A stretch of DNA of 64,000 nucleotides from contig MU059330.1 in the NCBI GenBank assembly GCA_013265495.1, positions 14,083,980 to 14,147,979 of the forward strand. Direction: 5' to 3'. The notes below the pieces were generated by a model. The model saw only the letters and a program-made list of their open reading frames with translations, made no database searches and had not been told where the DNA came from. The stretch's first letter is position 1. Each line of letters starts with the position of its first letter. The position numbers were made by a program, and so were the translations under genes. Positions 12,301 through 23,100 of this stretch are shown here, piece after piece. This DNA comes from Vicugna vicugna. Its lineage: Eukaryota.

Positions 12301-14529
12301 GGCTGCTAACATGATGCCCCAGCGCGTGACGCAAACAGCTCATGCTGAGTCCCGGTGGCGACTGGTGTCTGCTGACCGTCCGTGGTCCCCTGGCCCCAGG
12401 TGCCGTCTGTAGATGCAGGCGCTGGGGGTCAGGGGCTGGAGTAACTTACCCCGTCATCATCTGGACAAGGACAGGGAGATTCAATCCCAGACCTCTCTGA
12501 CCCCCAGTCCAGCCTCCAGGTCACACCTGAGTCTCAGGAGCCGGTGGTCCAGGGAGGATTCAGGCATTTCCTCAAAGAGACCAGGGAGGTGCCTGCTTAG
12601 ACAGCTGGCTTCGTTAAGAAAATGGTGATGCAAAGCCCAGTCTTTGGGTTTCCTTAGAAGTTCTTGCCAAGTCGGTGTGTTTGGAAAATGGAAGCCTTGG
12701 TGGGTCCCCACGGACGCGCCGTGGATGCGTCAGCGGGTTTACCCTGAGAAGGAACTGATGCGGCCGAAGAGTGAGGGCATCTTGCAGCTGCGGGGAGATG
12801 CGGGGAGTCCTCCAGGAGAAAATCGCCCTCAAGGCAGCAGAGCCATTGCGTTCACCCTGTCCTCCCAGGTCCGCGGGGCAGCGAGCATCTCTCGGGCAGG
12901 CACCACACTGGGCCTGCAATGCGGTCAGTATTTACACAGTATTAAGGCGCCTAGTCGGAAATGAAGTGGCCCCCCTTGAGCGGCCATCCTGGGGGCTGCC
13001 GAGGAAGGACACAGGCTGTGTGTCAAACCGTGTCCTCATCTCTGGATTTCTGAGAGCCGACCCCTCGAGTCTGAGTATGCTGTGAGATGTGACGTAACCC
13101 TGTGCCCCGCCTCCCACCAGGGAGTCCAAAGCTCAACCAAAGTAAAGCCACCTCGTTCCTAAGCGTCCAGGCGGGCAGAGCTCGGGCCAGGGACTCAGGG
13201 AGTAAAAGGGCGCCCACCGTGGGGCTGTGGGCCAGCAGAGGGAAGTGAATTTCCGGCTGTACGTCCTGCCACAGAAGGAATTTTCCCTAACAAAGCTGCC
13301 AGCTTATAAAAACGTCGGTAAGTGATTTCCAAGGATCTCGGAGGACTAGTAAATCCTGATGAACGTGGCTGCTACGGAAAACCTGCCTCCAGGGGGTATG
13401 ACGGTCAGCCCTGTCCACGGATCAGTCCCGAGAGTAGATGCGGGGCAGCCAGCTCGCCCAGCAGCGCAGCAGCAGCGCCTGGAGAGCCGGGCAGATGAGG
13501 ACAGGCTCCACCACGTGCTCCACGTCATGGCCCTAGATTCAGGCTCCTGCATCCCAGGTTGGTCTCATCCAGGTCTGCAAACTCATCCATGTGGAGGGAT
13601 GTGCATGGCCAAGGGAGGCCGCAGAAGCAGTGCCATGTGTCCCCCATGGGCAGAGTCTCGGCCAGAGCCTGGTCACCCCGTCTCCTAAGCAGGAATCAAG
13701 AGAAATCGCAAATCACTTCAGGTCGACTGTGGAGCCCGAGCTCAGCACGGGGCGGTGTCCGGTGGGGGCCGGGGAATCCGCGCAAGGACTTCTGCCTGTG
13801 AGGAGCAGACATCTCGACGAGTTCAACGCTCGCAAAGCTGCGGCTCCTGGCAGGGGACTCCCTGCCCGTTCAGGGCGAGTTTCACCCACTGGGTAAGAGG
13901 ACGCCCGCTCGATAGGACGCTGGTGTTGCCCCTTGCATTTGGTGAGGCCAAACCTCGCTGTTCGGGAAACCCTGATACACATGCCTGCCCTTCCTTCTTT
14001 CTCTTTTTAAAAACTCAGTAACATCGCAGGTGCTTTCGCCTGTCATTGACTAGGGGACACGCGGTAAACGAAGACATCAGTTACAAAGCCCTTCATGGTC
14101 TCTGTGGAGCTAAAAGAGGTGGTCCAGTCCTCCAGTGGGCGGTCGGCGCGTCTGGGCCCCTGTAAAGTCCCCCCTGTGGGAGCAGAGCCCAGCTCTCCAG
14201 GGAGCCTGCTCCCCCGTCCTTCCCTCCCTTGGACCTGGGAGCCCCTCCGTGTGCCTGACTGCACTGAGATCCACCCGAGAAAGCCAGACGGTGAAGTGCA
14301 TGGTCAGAGTGAGGGCCCTCGGGGGCCGGACGTCATCCACAGTCCCCTGCACAATCTCTGCAGAGCCCCCCGGGTGGGCACGCAGCTGCAGAGGCCCCAG
14401 GTGGCCCTCGGCACCCAGTGTCATCACAGGGCCTGGGAGGAGGGCTCTCAGAGCCCTCTCCCCCGCCCCTCGTCTCTGTCTGCATCTGCCTCCCCCCATC
14501 CCTGGCCCTATCATTCTCTGTCCCTCCCC

Positions 14530-14665
14530 GCCCCCACACCTCTCTCTCTGGTGCGCATGCACACACACGTGTGCACAAGTATGCACTCTCATACACACAT
14601 ACACAAGTGCATGCACACACATACATACACATTCACGTGTGCACATGCATGAACACACCCCCCCC
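14530..14665. repeat. Degenerate (CA)n-rich simple repeat
   Basis: gcacacacacgtgtgcacaagtatgcac...catacacacatacaca seen directly. Confidence 0.7.
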
Positions 14666-16692
14666 AAGCAGACACTAAAGACACTCGGACCACCAGAGGA
14701 GGAACTCTCTCCTGTTTCCTCGGAGACCCGTGGTGACTCACCAGGAATAGGTCCCCTGCTTGGTTAGGGATGTGTTCTCCAGCTGGTGTCCTGGGAGTAC
14801 TGCTTACCTGTGACACCCTCTTCCTCCTGAAGCCAGCCCTGGGGGACACTCTGGAGTGACCTGGCTCTCGTGGTGGAGGAGGGGGACTGTGCTGCTCTGC
14901 TGAGGTCCAAGAATGCACCTCAGGTTGTCTGGGTCACCGCCGCAGGCGCCCCCTTTGTGTGTACATTGTGGCAGCATCACCACCCCATTTTATCAAATAC
15001 AGAATAATTCATTATATTTTGTAGTCAGTGATATTGATGATTTACCAAACTTCCTCTCCTTCTCAAAATAATTTAAAGAGGCCTAAGATAAAATAGAATG
15101 CACACAAAGTTGATATAAAGATGCTTAAAAAACGGAAACGTAAGAAAACTGACGTTAAGTGTTGTGGTTGAGACTCACACTGAGCCTCGGCTTCCTGCGT
15201 GTCAGACAAAAGAGGAGCAGGTCAAGTTTTCATCAATATTTTCACTGGAAAAGTTAGAGGGGACTGAGCCTGCACCTTCTTGGGAAAGAAGTTCCCGTGG
15301 AAGACAGTGGAAGAAACGCATCAGACGGTACTTTATTAGAAGATGTGGTAACACGTGAACAGCGGTCACAGGAACATTCTCAGAACAAACAGGACCATGC
15401 ATTTCATGTGGCTGGGCTACAAGTGACGTGAAGGAGGAACCTGAAGGCCCGTGGCTTCCTGAGGCTCTGTGGTCCTAGAGGACAGAACTCTGGTGACCAG
15501 ACGAATGGCCGACACCACAGCCGCTGTCCTGGGGAATCGGCCCGCCCCCAGGTCCCTTGGGGCAGCTGGACCACGGCGCAAGGAGGCTGTGCCTTTGGCG
15601 GGGGGAGCCTCTGGGGCTGTGCTGTGCTGCTGGTGGGGCAGGTCCTCAGGCTCTGGGAGCCCCGTCAGCCCGTGGTGCCCTTGTCGCTGTTGTGAAAGTC
15701 GAGAAGCCCGGCCTGCCCAGGTGGAGGGCTGTGCACGTGGTGCCGGTTCCAAAGGACCAGCCCTCCCTTCGGACACCGGACTTGGGTCTGCCTAGTGTTT
15801 GAGCAAAAGCCCCTTTGAATTCCCAGCGTTTCGAGCTGAGGGTTTGCTGTGCAGAGTGTTCGCCTTCCAAAGATCACAAGCCCGGATCCACAGCCAGCTC
15901 ACCGCCGGGAAAACCCTCCGCGACACTCCTCGGAACAGCCCCGAAGGCTCGGCCCCCCGGGCCAGCCCGCTGGGACTCCGCCGCCTCCTCAGGAGCGGGC
16001 GAGCGGGAGTGTTCCATCTTGGAGAGGGCCTCCCGAAGGGAGCGCATGGGTCCTGCCATCACTGCTGCCAAGCGTGTCTTCCAAGGGGGATGACACATGA
16101 GTGTATTTCAGGTAAATCACCCCCGACTGCAGCCTCAGGAAGCCACGGGCCTTCAGGTTCCTCCTTCACATCACTTGCAGCCCGGCCACACTCTGATATT
16201 GAACTCCTGTGTCTAACATCCACACACAGACGGATGGTGGTGCCTCTCTTTTTGCTTTCAGGGTAGGAAGCAAACTCTACCGAAGTGTCCTGAGCATGAG
16301 AATAGCTCAGGTTTTGTCAGTTGCACCCATAAAAGCAAGCCAGGCCACTCCTGCAAAAGCTGTGCTCCGCCCCGGCCACCAGCAGGCAAGACAGGGCCTG
16401 GCACGGGGGAGCTGCAGCCCGAGCCAGTCCTCCTCGCAGAGCTGGGAAGGGGTGTGGAAATAAGAGAACTCTGCGTGGGGCTGGATGAAGTAGACGTGAC
16501 AGTGCTTGTCCAGGGAGGACCTCGAATAGAGAGGGGCTCCCTGACCAACAGAAGGTCTTCTAACTGCCAGACCGTCTGCCCCCCACAGTCAGGCTGGCAC
16601 AGCTCAGAGACTGCTCGCCACTCTGTTCTGCTCCACGAGTCAGTGACTGTTCCAAACTCCAGGTGTTGTGGTCCTGAAAAGTCACACTGAGA

Positions 16693-17235
16693 GGCCCTGG
16701 TGACCATAAGAGACCCTGGAGGGTCGTATATGCATGACGCCGGCGGCCCTGGATGGTCGTGCACGGCCCTGGGTGGCGTTAGGTGGTTCTGTAGCTGTGT
16801 GGACCCAGATGGCTCTGCCCTGGGTAGTCTTGAGGGGCATGACGGGCCGTGGGTGGACACGAATGACTCTGGATGGCCCTGGGAAGCCCAGGTAGGCATG
16901 GATGGTCTCGGATGCCCTCGATGGTCCTGGATGAGCCTGGGTGGCTGTGGTTGGCTGTGGAAGACCCTGTTGTCCTTCAGTGACTCTTGGTGGCCTGGAC
17001 GGCCATGGGTGACCCTGGATGTTCCTGGGTGACCCTGGAGGGCCCTCTGGCCCTGTTGGCAAGGGCAGCCCTGGAGGTCCCTGGGGGGCCCTGAATGGTT
17101 GGGGGTGGCCTTTGTTGACTCTTGGTGGTGTTCTGTATCCCTGGGTGGCTGTGGGCGATTCTGATGGTTTTGTATGGCCGGCGGCCCTGGGTTGGGTGGC
17201 CCTGGGTGGCCCAGAGTGGCCCTAGGTGACCGTAA
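16693..17235. repeat. Degenerate ~10-bp tandem array, consensus GGCCCTGGGT / GACCCTGGAT
   Basis: Dozens of ccctgg-centred units at roughly 10-nt spacing just upstream of exon 4. Confidence 0.7.
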
Positions 17236-17487
17236 GAGAGCCTGCATGAGTGGCTGTGAGAGGCGTGGGCAGCCACGGGCGGGCCTTAGCTACCTGTGTG
17301 TCTGCAGTGGCCTGGCTGTGCCGGGGGTCCTGGGTGCCCCTGTGTGTCTGGTAGACGTGGACGGCCGTAGATGCGCGGGAAGGGCCACGTGATGACGGCG
17401 CGATTGCACCCCCTTCCGCTCGTCTTCCCGAGCGTCTGAAGGCGGCTGGGGCGGGGCGGCGGGGGCTGACGGCGCTGCATCCCGCAG

Positions 17488-17713
17488 GCGTGGGCTACAC
17501 GGTCATCCTCATCTCGCTCTACGTCGGCTTCTTCTACAACGTCATCATCGCCTGGGCGCTGCACTACCTCTTCTCCTCCTTTAGCGCCGAGCTGCCCTGG
17601 ACCGGCTGCAACAACTCCTGGAACAGCCCCAACTGCTCCGACGCCCGCGGCCCCGGCCCCAGCCCCGGCCCCAACGACTCCTTCAGGACCACGCCGGCCG
17701 CCGAGTACTTCGA
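17488..17713 (+). CDS. SLC6A3: DAT exon 4 (TM3 and first half of EL2)
   Basis: ccgcag|...ga|gtgagt, 226 nt (3 codons shorter than human). [27 protein letters not shown]...[36 protein letters not shown]. Three N-glycosylation sequons: NNS, NCS, NDS. Confidence 0.98.
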
Positions 17714-20049
17714 GTGAGTGGGGCCCTGCGGGTCCTGCCGGTCCGCCCTAGGGAGGGCGGAGGCCGGGCGGGCGCAGCGGCGGCCCCAGGTCAGCGCCCG
17801 CCCGCCCGGAACCCAGGCAGGTTTGGGAGAGACGGTTGCCCAGAGGAGCCAGGCTCTGTCACTGGGTGGCCCCCTCCGTGACGTGATCCTGAAGGGGTGT
17901 CCCTGAGCTGAGGACACCCTGCTGTCACGCAGACACCCGGGTCCACGAGTGTGCAGGGCCAGTGGCAGCCGCCGCGGGTGGGCGGGGCAGGCTCTGCCAG
18001 GACCCCCCCCCCCGACCACTGACGTCCTGACTGAAGCAGCTCCTCTTAAGGAATATCCAGAGCGACTCCCGCCAGCTTCAAAGTTCGCGCCGACTGGTGT
18101 TCCTCCTTGGGGCTGAAGTCCTCCCTGCGCAGTTAGGTACAGTCTGCTCGTGTTTACAGGTAAAAATGAGGCCACTTACAATTCAGAAAAAGGAATCTCA
18201 ACCAATAAAAATCAAGTGATTCAGGTTTTAACAGCAAGTGGGAACCGCAAAACTCATTTTGAGTTAGAAAACCATGAGACTGAAGGTGAGGAGGCCTCGC
18301 TGTGGAAGCGCCGAAGTCCGTCGTGGTGGGAGGGCCGGGCCCCTGGGGCTGAGCAGAGCCACCCGCCCGGCCTCGCTGCGCAGAGGGTGAACCCTGGTCT
18401 TCCCTGAGGGGAAGGGGCCGCCCGCTCCTGGGGCCCCGTCTAGATGAGTGAGGCCCCTCAGGCGTGCAGGAGAGGAGAGCAGAGCCTCCGGGCCCCAGTA
18501 GGATTCGTCTGGACGCAGGAGCAGCCAGAAGGGCAGGGCTCGTGGACCTGCGGACTGGAGCCTCCGGCTGTGACGCGTGGCACCAGGCAGAGCCTGAGCC
18601 CTGCGCTCTGGGAGCCTTGCTCAGGCGTTGTTGGGGACAGCATGGTCGGGGGCGAGGGGTGAGTGTGAAGGGGCCTGCTCACGCTCCCGTGGTTTGGGAT
18701 TGGAGAGAGAAGGAGTGTGCGGAGGGGAGGGAGTGAAGTTCCGTGATGGGGAGGTGGGGCCACTGGGAGCCCGCCTGCCGGGCGGGAGAAGGGAGGCTCC
18801 AAAGCCGAGGCTGGGCCTTGGCCTCCAGAGCTCTCAGGAGGGGCGAGCTGGTTCCCAAGATGGACTGGAGACAGGAGGCCCCTGGGAACGGCCCCTGGGA
18901 TCGGCCCCCTTAGATCTGCCTCCAAGAGCCGCAGGTGGGCAGACCCACGAGAGGCGGAGACGCAGTGCGGCTACCTGGGCGTGTGTGACAAGCAGACAGG
19001 GAACGGTAGATCTGTCCAGAAAAGGGCAGCAGAGTATTGGTCGGAGTCAAGTTTGCAGTTCTCAGGAGCTCGCCGCGGGCTGGTCCGCTACTGTGTTTCC
19101 CAAATTTAATAGCGAGTCGTGAACAGGTCGAGGCCGGGGCTGCTCGCACTCTCGCCGCGTGGCCCAGCTCGGGGTTCACGAGTGACGGAGAGAAGAGGCC
19201 GGCAGGGGTGGGGGAGCCCCTGCACCAGGAAGCCGAGGTGCAGACGTGGTCTCAGCTTCCGCTGGAGTCGGCTTTAATTTACCATTTCACCCACAAAACC
19301 AGCTAGATTGTTGAGCTAGTGTGTCTTTTCAAATTTTGAGATGGATTTAGGTGCCGTTTAGAATGCTTAGAAGCTTTCCGAGACGTCAGAGGTGCCAGCA
19401 ACACTGCCCTCTGGGGACACTCATCTTCTGTTGGGGGCGTAGGAGGGGCTGGGTCACCCACGTGATTTTCAGGCAAGAAAAATAGGAGGAAAAACTGATC
19501 CATCTAGTGATTTATTACTAAGAATGCTAGAAAGGAAGAATATATGCGACCCGTGAATTGAAAAAAAAGAGCAGACCAGTGGAGTCCGTCTGGAAGCTCC
19601 CAGCCTGGAAGGGAGGACCCTCCCCGGGAAGGGCTGTCACAGCGGCAGGTGACCCGCCGTGGCTGGCGGTGACGCCGGGGCAAAGGCGGGGCCTCGGGAG
19701 GTCTGTGGCGAAGTCATCGATCACTAACAACACGGTGAGTTACCGAACTGCGCTGAGGATTCCTCAGGTGACTTCACTAACGGTGCTGACTGCGTTGCCG
19801 CGAGACAGGCCCCAGTGACTGTCAGGCCTGCAAGGGTTCTCTGGAATTGAAACCCACTTTATAAAGTGGATCATCGTGAGAAGCATCGCATGTTTCTGAA
19901 GGCACGTCCCACCATGAAATGCCACAAAGGCCAAGGTAACTGTGACCGTTGAAGTAGGAAAGCTGTACGTGCTGCAAAACGTGTGTGGGTTTGGACACCC
20001 CTAGATAGGCCCCTGTAACGCCAGCCAGCTTTAGATTTCCCCCGGCTCC

Positions 20050-23000
20050 ATAAATACTTATTAAAACCTCCTTCACCTTCTTTCTAATATAAACTAGAAA
20101 GCCATGTATTTAAAGCTACAGATTTGCCTCCAAGAGGCGGCTTTAGCTGCCTCCTGCATGTTGGGCACAGTGGGGTCTCACTGTCATCAGTTTAAAGTAC
20201 CCCCGACCTGCCTTGTGACTTCTTCTTTGACTTATAGGACATTTTAAAAGTTTGTCGTTTGATTTTGAAATGTTTAGAGGTTTTCTAGACATATTTCTGT
20301 TACTGATTTCTGATTTAATTCTGATTCGGTGAGATAATATGTTTATAAAACTCCATTGTTTCAAAACACACTGAGACTTGTCACTCAGGATGTGGTTTAT
20401 CCTGGCGCATGTTCCACATGCCCTTAAGAAGAACGTGTGTCCAGCTGTGGCAGGGCAGACGCGCCAGCCCGGTCGTGCTGGCTCCGGTCTGCCCGGGCCT
20501 CCCACAGCCTCACTGCCTGCTTGCTCTGCCAGTTACTGAGGAAGGGGTCAGAAATCTCAGCCATAACCTCTCATGGATGTGCCTGCTTCTCTTTACAGTT
20601 CTATCCATTTTTGCTTCATGCATGTATTTTGAAGCTCTCTTTCTGAAGGACATGGATGTTTATGAATATCAAGTCTTTTATTTTTGTTCTGCTTTTTTGG
20701 TTTTGCTTTTAATATTTCTGAAAGTTTAGTGGAAATTATAAGCCTATGAAAGTGATCATTACTGAGTTTGATTTTGTTTCAAATGTATGAACCGAGACTA
20801 TATTGAGTTACTTAAAGGTGATGAAGAGTGCCCCCTAGCTATTGGCACCTTTAAGAATTTTCCAGGACGTAATTGGTGGACCAGACATTGGTACCAGAAC
20901 AGGGCCACCTTGGCCATGAATAAAGAGCGAAACCCTCTATTAAGTGAACAAATAAATATGCTGTGAAAAGACAGGAACCTCCAGAATAGGTAACATCAAG
21001 CCTTTTAATCGACTCCTCTCCCCTATGAAAGGCCCCTCTTGGTGACACTCACCCTTCTGATGTCAGCTTTCCCTGGTACTCGTATGAGCACCGCAGCTTT
21101 CCTGTGAGCAGTGCTCACGTGAGATTTCTTCTGCTGCCCTGATAAATCCCACCGTCCGTGTCACGTTTAGAGTGGGCTTCAGTAAACAGCAGCGAGTTGG
21201 CTCTCGGCTTTCCGTTCACTGCGACGACCTCTGTCCGTTATTCCAGTGTCCAGTCCGGTTGGGGTTAAGTCTCTCACCTTGCTAATTTTTGTCCAGTTCG
21301 TCCCATCTCTTCACTGTTTGTTGTTTCCTCTGCTTATTTCTTCTTTCGAATTAATGTCTGGCTTCCACTTCGTCTGCACTGTTTGCTAATAAGCTGTAGC
21401 TCTCTGTCCTGGTTTCCTGGTGGTTACGCTAGGGTCTGCAGGGTACAGCTTTCAGTCACCACAGTCCGCCTTCGGATGACATCACGCGCTTCACGTACGA
21501 CGTAAGGCCCTCACAACAATGTGTTTCCATTCTTCTCTCGTGTCCTTTGTGCAACTGTTGTCATAGGGTTTGTTTCTATATGTTATAAACTCCATATGTT
21601 GTTACTATCTTTGCTTTAAACACTTTAAATAAATCGGAAACCAGAAAAGATTTTTTCTATTTATCCGCGTAGTCAGCCCTTCCGGGGCCCCTCTCCCCTG
21701 ACGCAGATCCAGGTTCCCACCTGGCATCGCTTCCTTCCATCTGAAGAACTCCCTTTGACGTTTCTTGCAGTGTAGACCTCCTTACAGGGTAGTCGTGCTG
21801 GCAATGGACTCTCGTAGCCTTAGTTTTTCTGAAAAGCATGTTGCCTTCTTTGGGGGGGATTTTTAAAATTGTAGCAACATTCATCCCATGGAATTTACCA
21901 TTTTAACCATTTTTAAATGTACGGTTTAGTGGTATTAAAATAGTCACACGGTTGTGCAACCGTCACCATCATCTGCCTCCAGAGCTTCATCCCCCGAAAC
22001 TGAACTCGACCCATTAAACGCTAGCTCCCTGTCTCCCTCCCCGACCCCCAGCACCCACACTGTACGTTGTGTCTCTGTGAATCTGGTGGCCCCAGGACCT
22101 CGGATAAGTGGACTCATACAGCATTTGTCCTTCATGTCTTGCTTCTCTTACTGAGCCTAATGTCGTCAAAGTTCATCCATGTTGCAGCAGGCGTCAGGAA
22201 TCCGCTCCTTTAAGGCTGAATCACTTGCTGCTGTGTGTATGGACCACGCTGGGTTCATCCGTCATCCACCAGTGGACACTGGGGTTGCTTCCACCCTTTG
22301 GCTACCGTGAATAGTGCTGCTGTGAATATGGGTGCATGAGTCCCTCCTTCCAGTTCTTTTGAGGTAGACCCAGAAGTGGGATTTCTGGGTCAAATGATGG
22401 TTCTGTTTATTTTTTTGAGGAAACACCATACCCTTTTCCACGGGAGCGGCACCATTCTGTGTACATTCCCACCAGCGATGCATAAGGACTAGTTTGTCCA
22501 CACCCTGGATCCTTGATTTCTGATTTTTTCCCAACAGTAGCCATCCTGTTGGGAATGGAATTGTGTCCCATCGCGGTTTCCACTTGCTTTTCTCTGGTGA
22601 CTGGTGACGTTGCGCATCACTGTGTGTTTACTGGCCGTCTGCGTGTCTCCTTCGGAGGAATGTTTATTCAGGCCCTTCGCCTGTTTTCAGACTGAGTGGT
22701 TTGGTTTCCTGTTGGTGTTGTTGCATTTTAGGGACTCTTTACTTATTCTGGATACTAACCCTGATCAGACGCGTGGCCTGCAGGCGTTTTCTCCCGCTCT
22801 GCTGGCTGCCTTTCACTCTCCTAGTAGCGCCTTTGACACAGGAAAATTTTCAGTTTCGACGAAGTTAATTTATCTGTTTTTGGGCTTTGGGCTTCGTATC
22901 AAAAACCCATTGGCAAACCCAAAGGCGTGAAGACTCCCCCCAGTTCCTGCGGGAGGTTTATCGTTTGCGCCCTTGCATTTAGTCTCTGACCGGTTTTGAA

Positions 23001-23100
23001 CCAGATTTGCATCTGGTGTGAGGGAGCCGCTGACTGGCTTTCTGCTGGTCGTGGGTCCCTTTTCCTTGCTGCTTCTTGTGTCTAGTGATGTTTTTACTGC
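20050..23100 (-). mobile_element. LINE-1 relics in intron 4 (endonuclease region at ~20050-21400; L1MB-like 3' end at ~21870-23100)
   Basis: T-rich antisense L1 motifs: catgtattttgaagctct, tttaaatgtacggtttagtggtatt, aaagttcatccatgttgcagc, gtgaatagtgctgctgtgaatatggg. Confidence 0.8.
20681..20991 (-). pseudogene. Candidate 5'-truncated retroposed mRNA 3' fragment (parent unknown) inserted into an L1 relic
   Basis: Flanked by 16-bp direct repeats (20665-20680 aatatcaagtctttta; 20992-21007 aacatcaagcctttta; 14/16 identical). Minus strand ends ATTAAA plus an A-rich tail. L1 sequence resumes after the right repeat. Confidence 0.5.

Noticed and set aside
16258-17247. 329-aa minus-strand ORF and overlapping collagen-like GP/PW ORFs
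   Set aside because: Products of the degenerate 10-mer tandem array.
18204-18209. Intronic AATAAA ~490 nt after exon 4; donor read-through gives an immediate TGA
   Set aside because: A single hexamer with weak downstream GU element. Such hexamers are common and there is no evidence of use.
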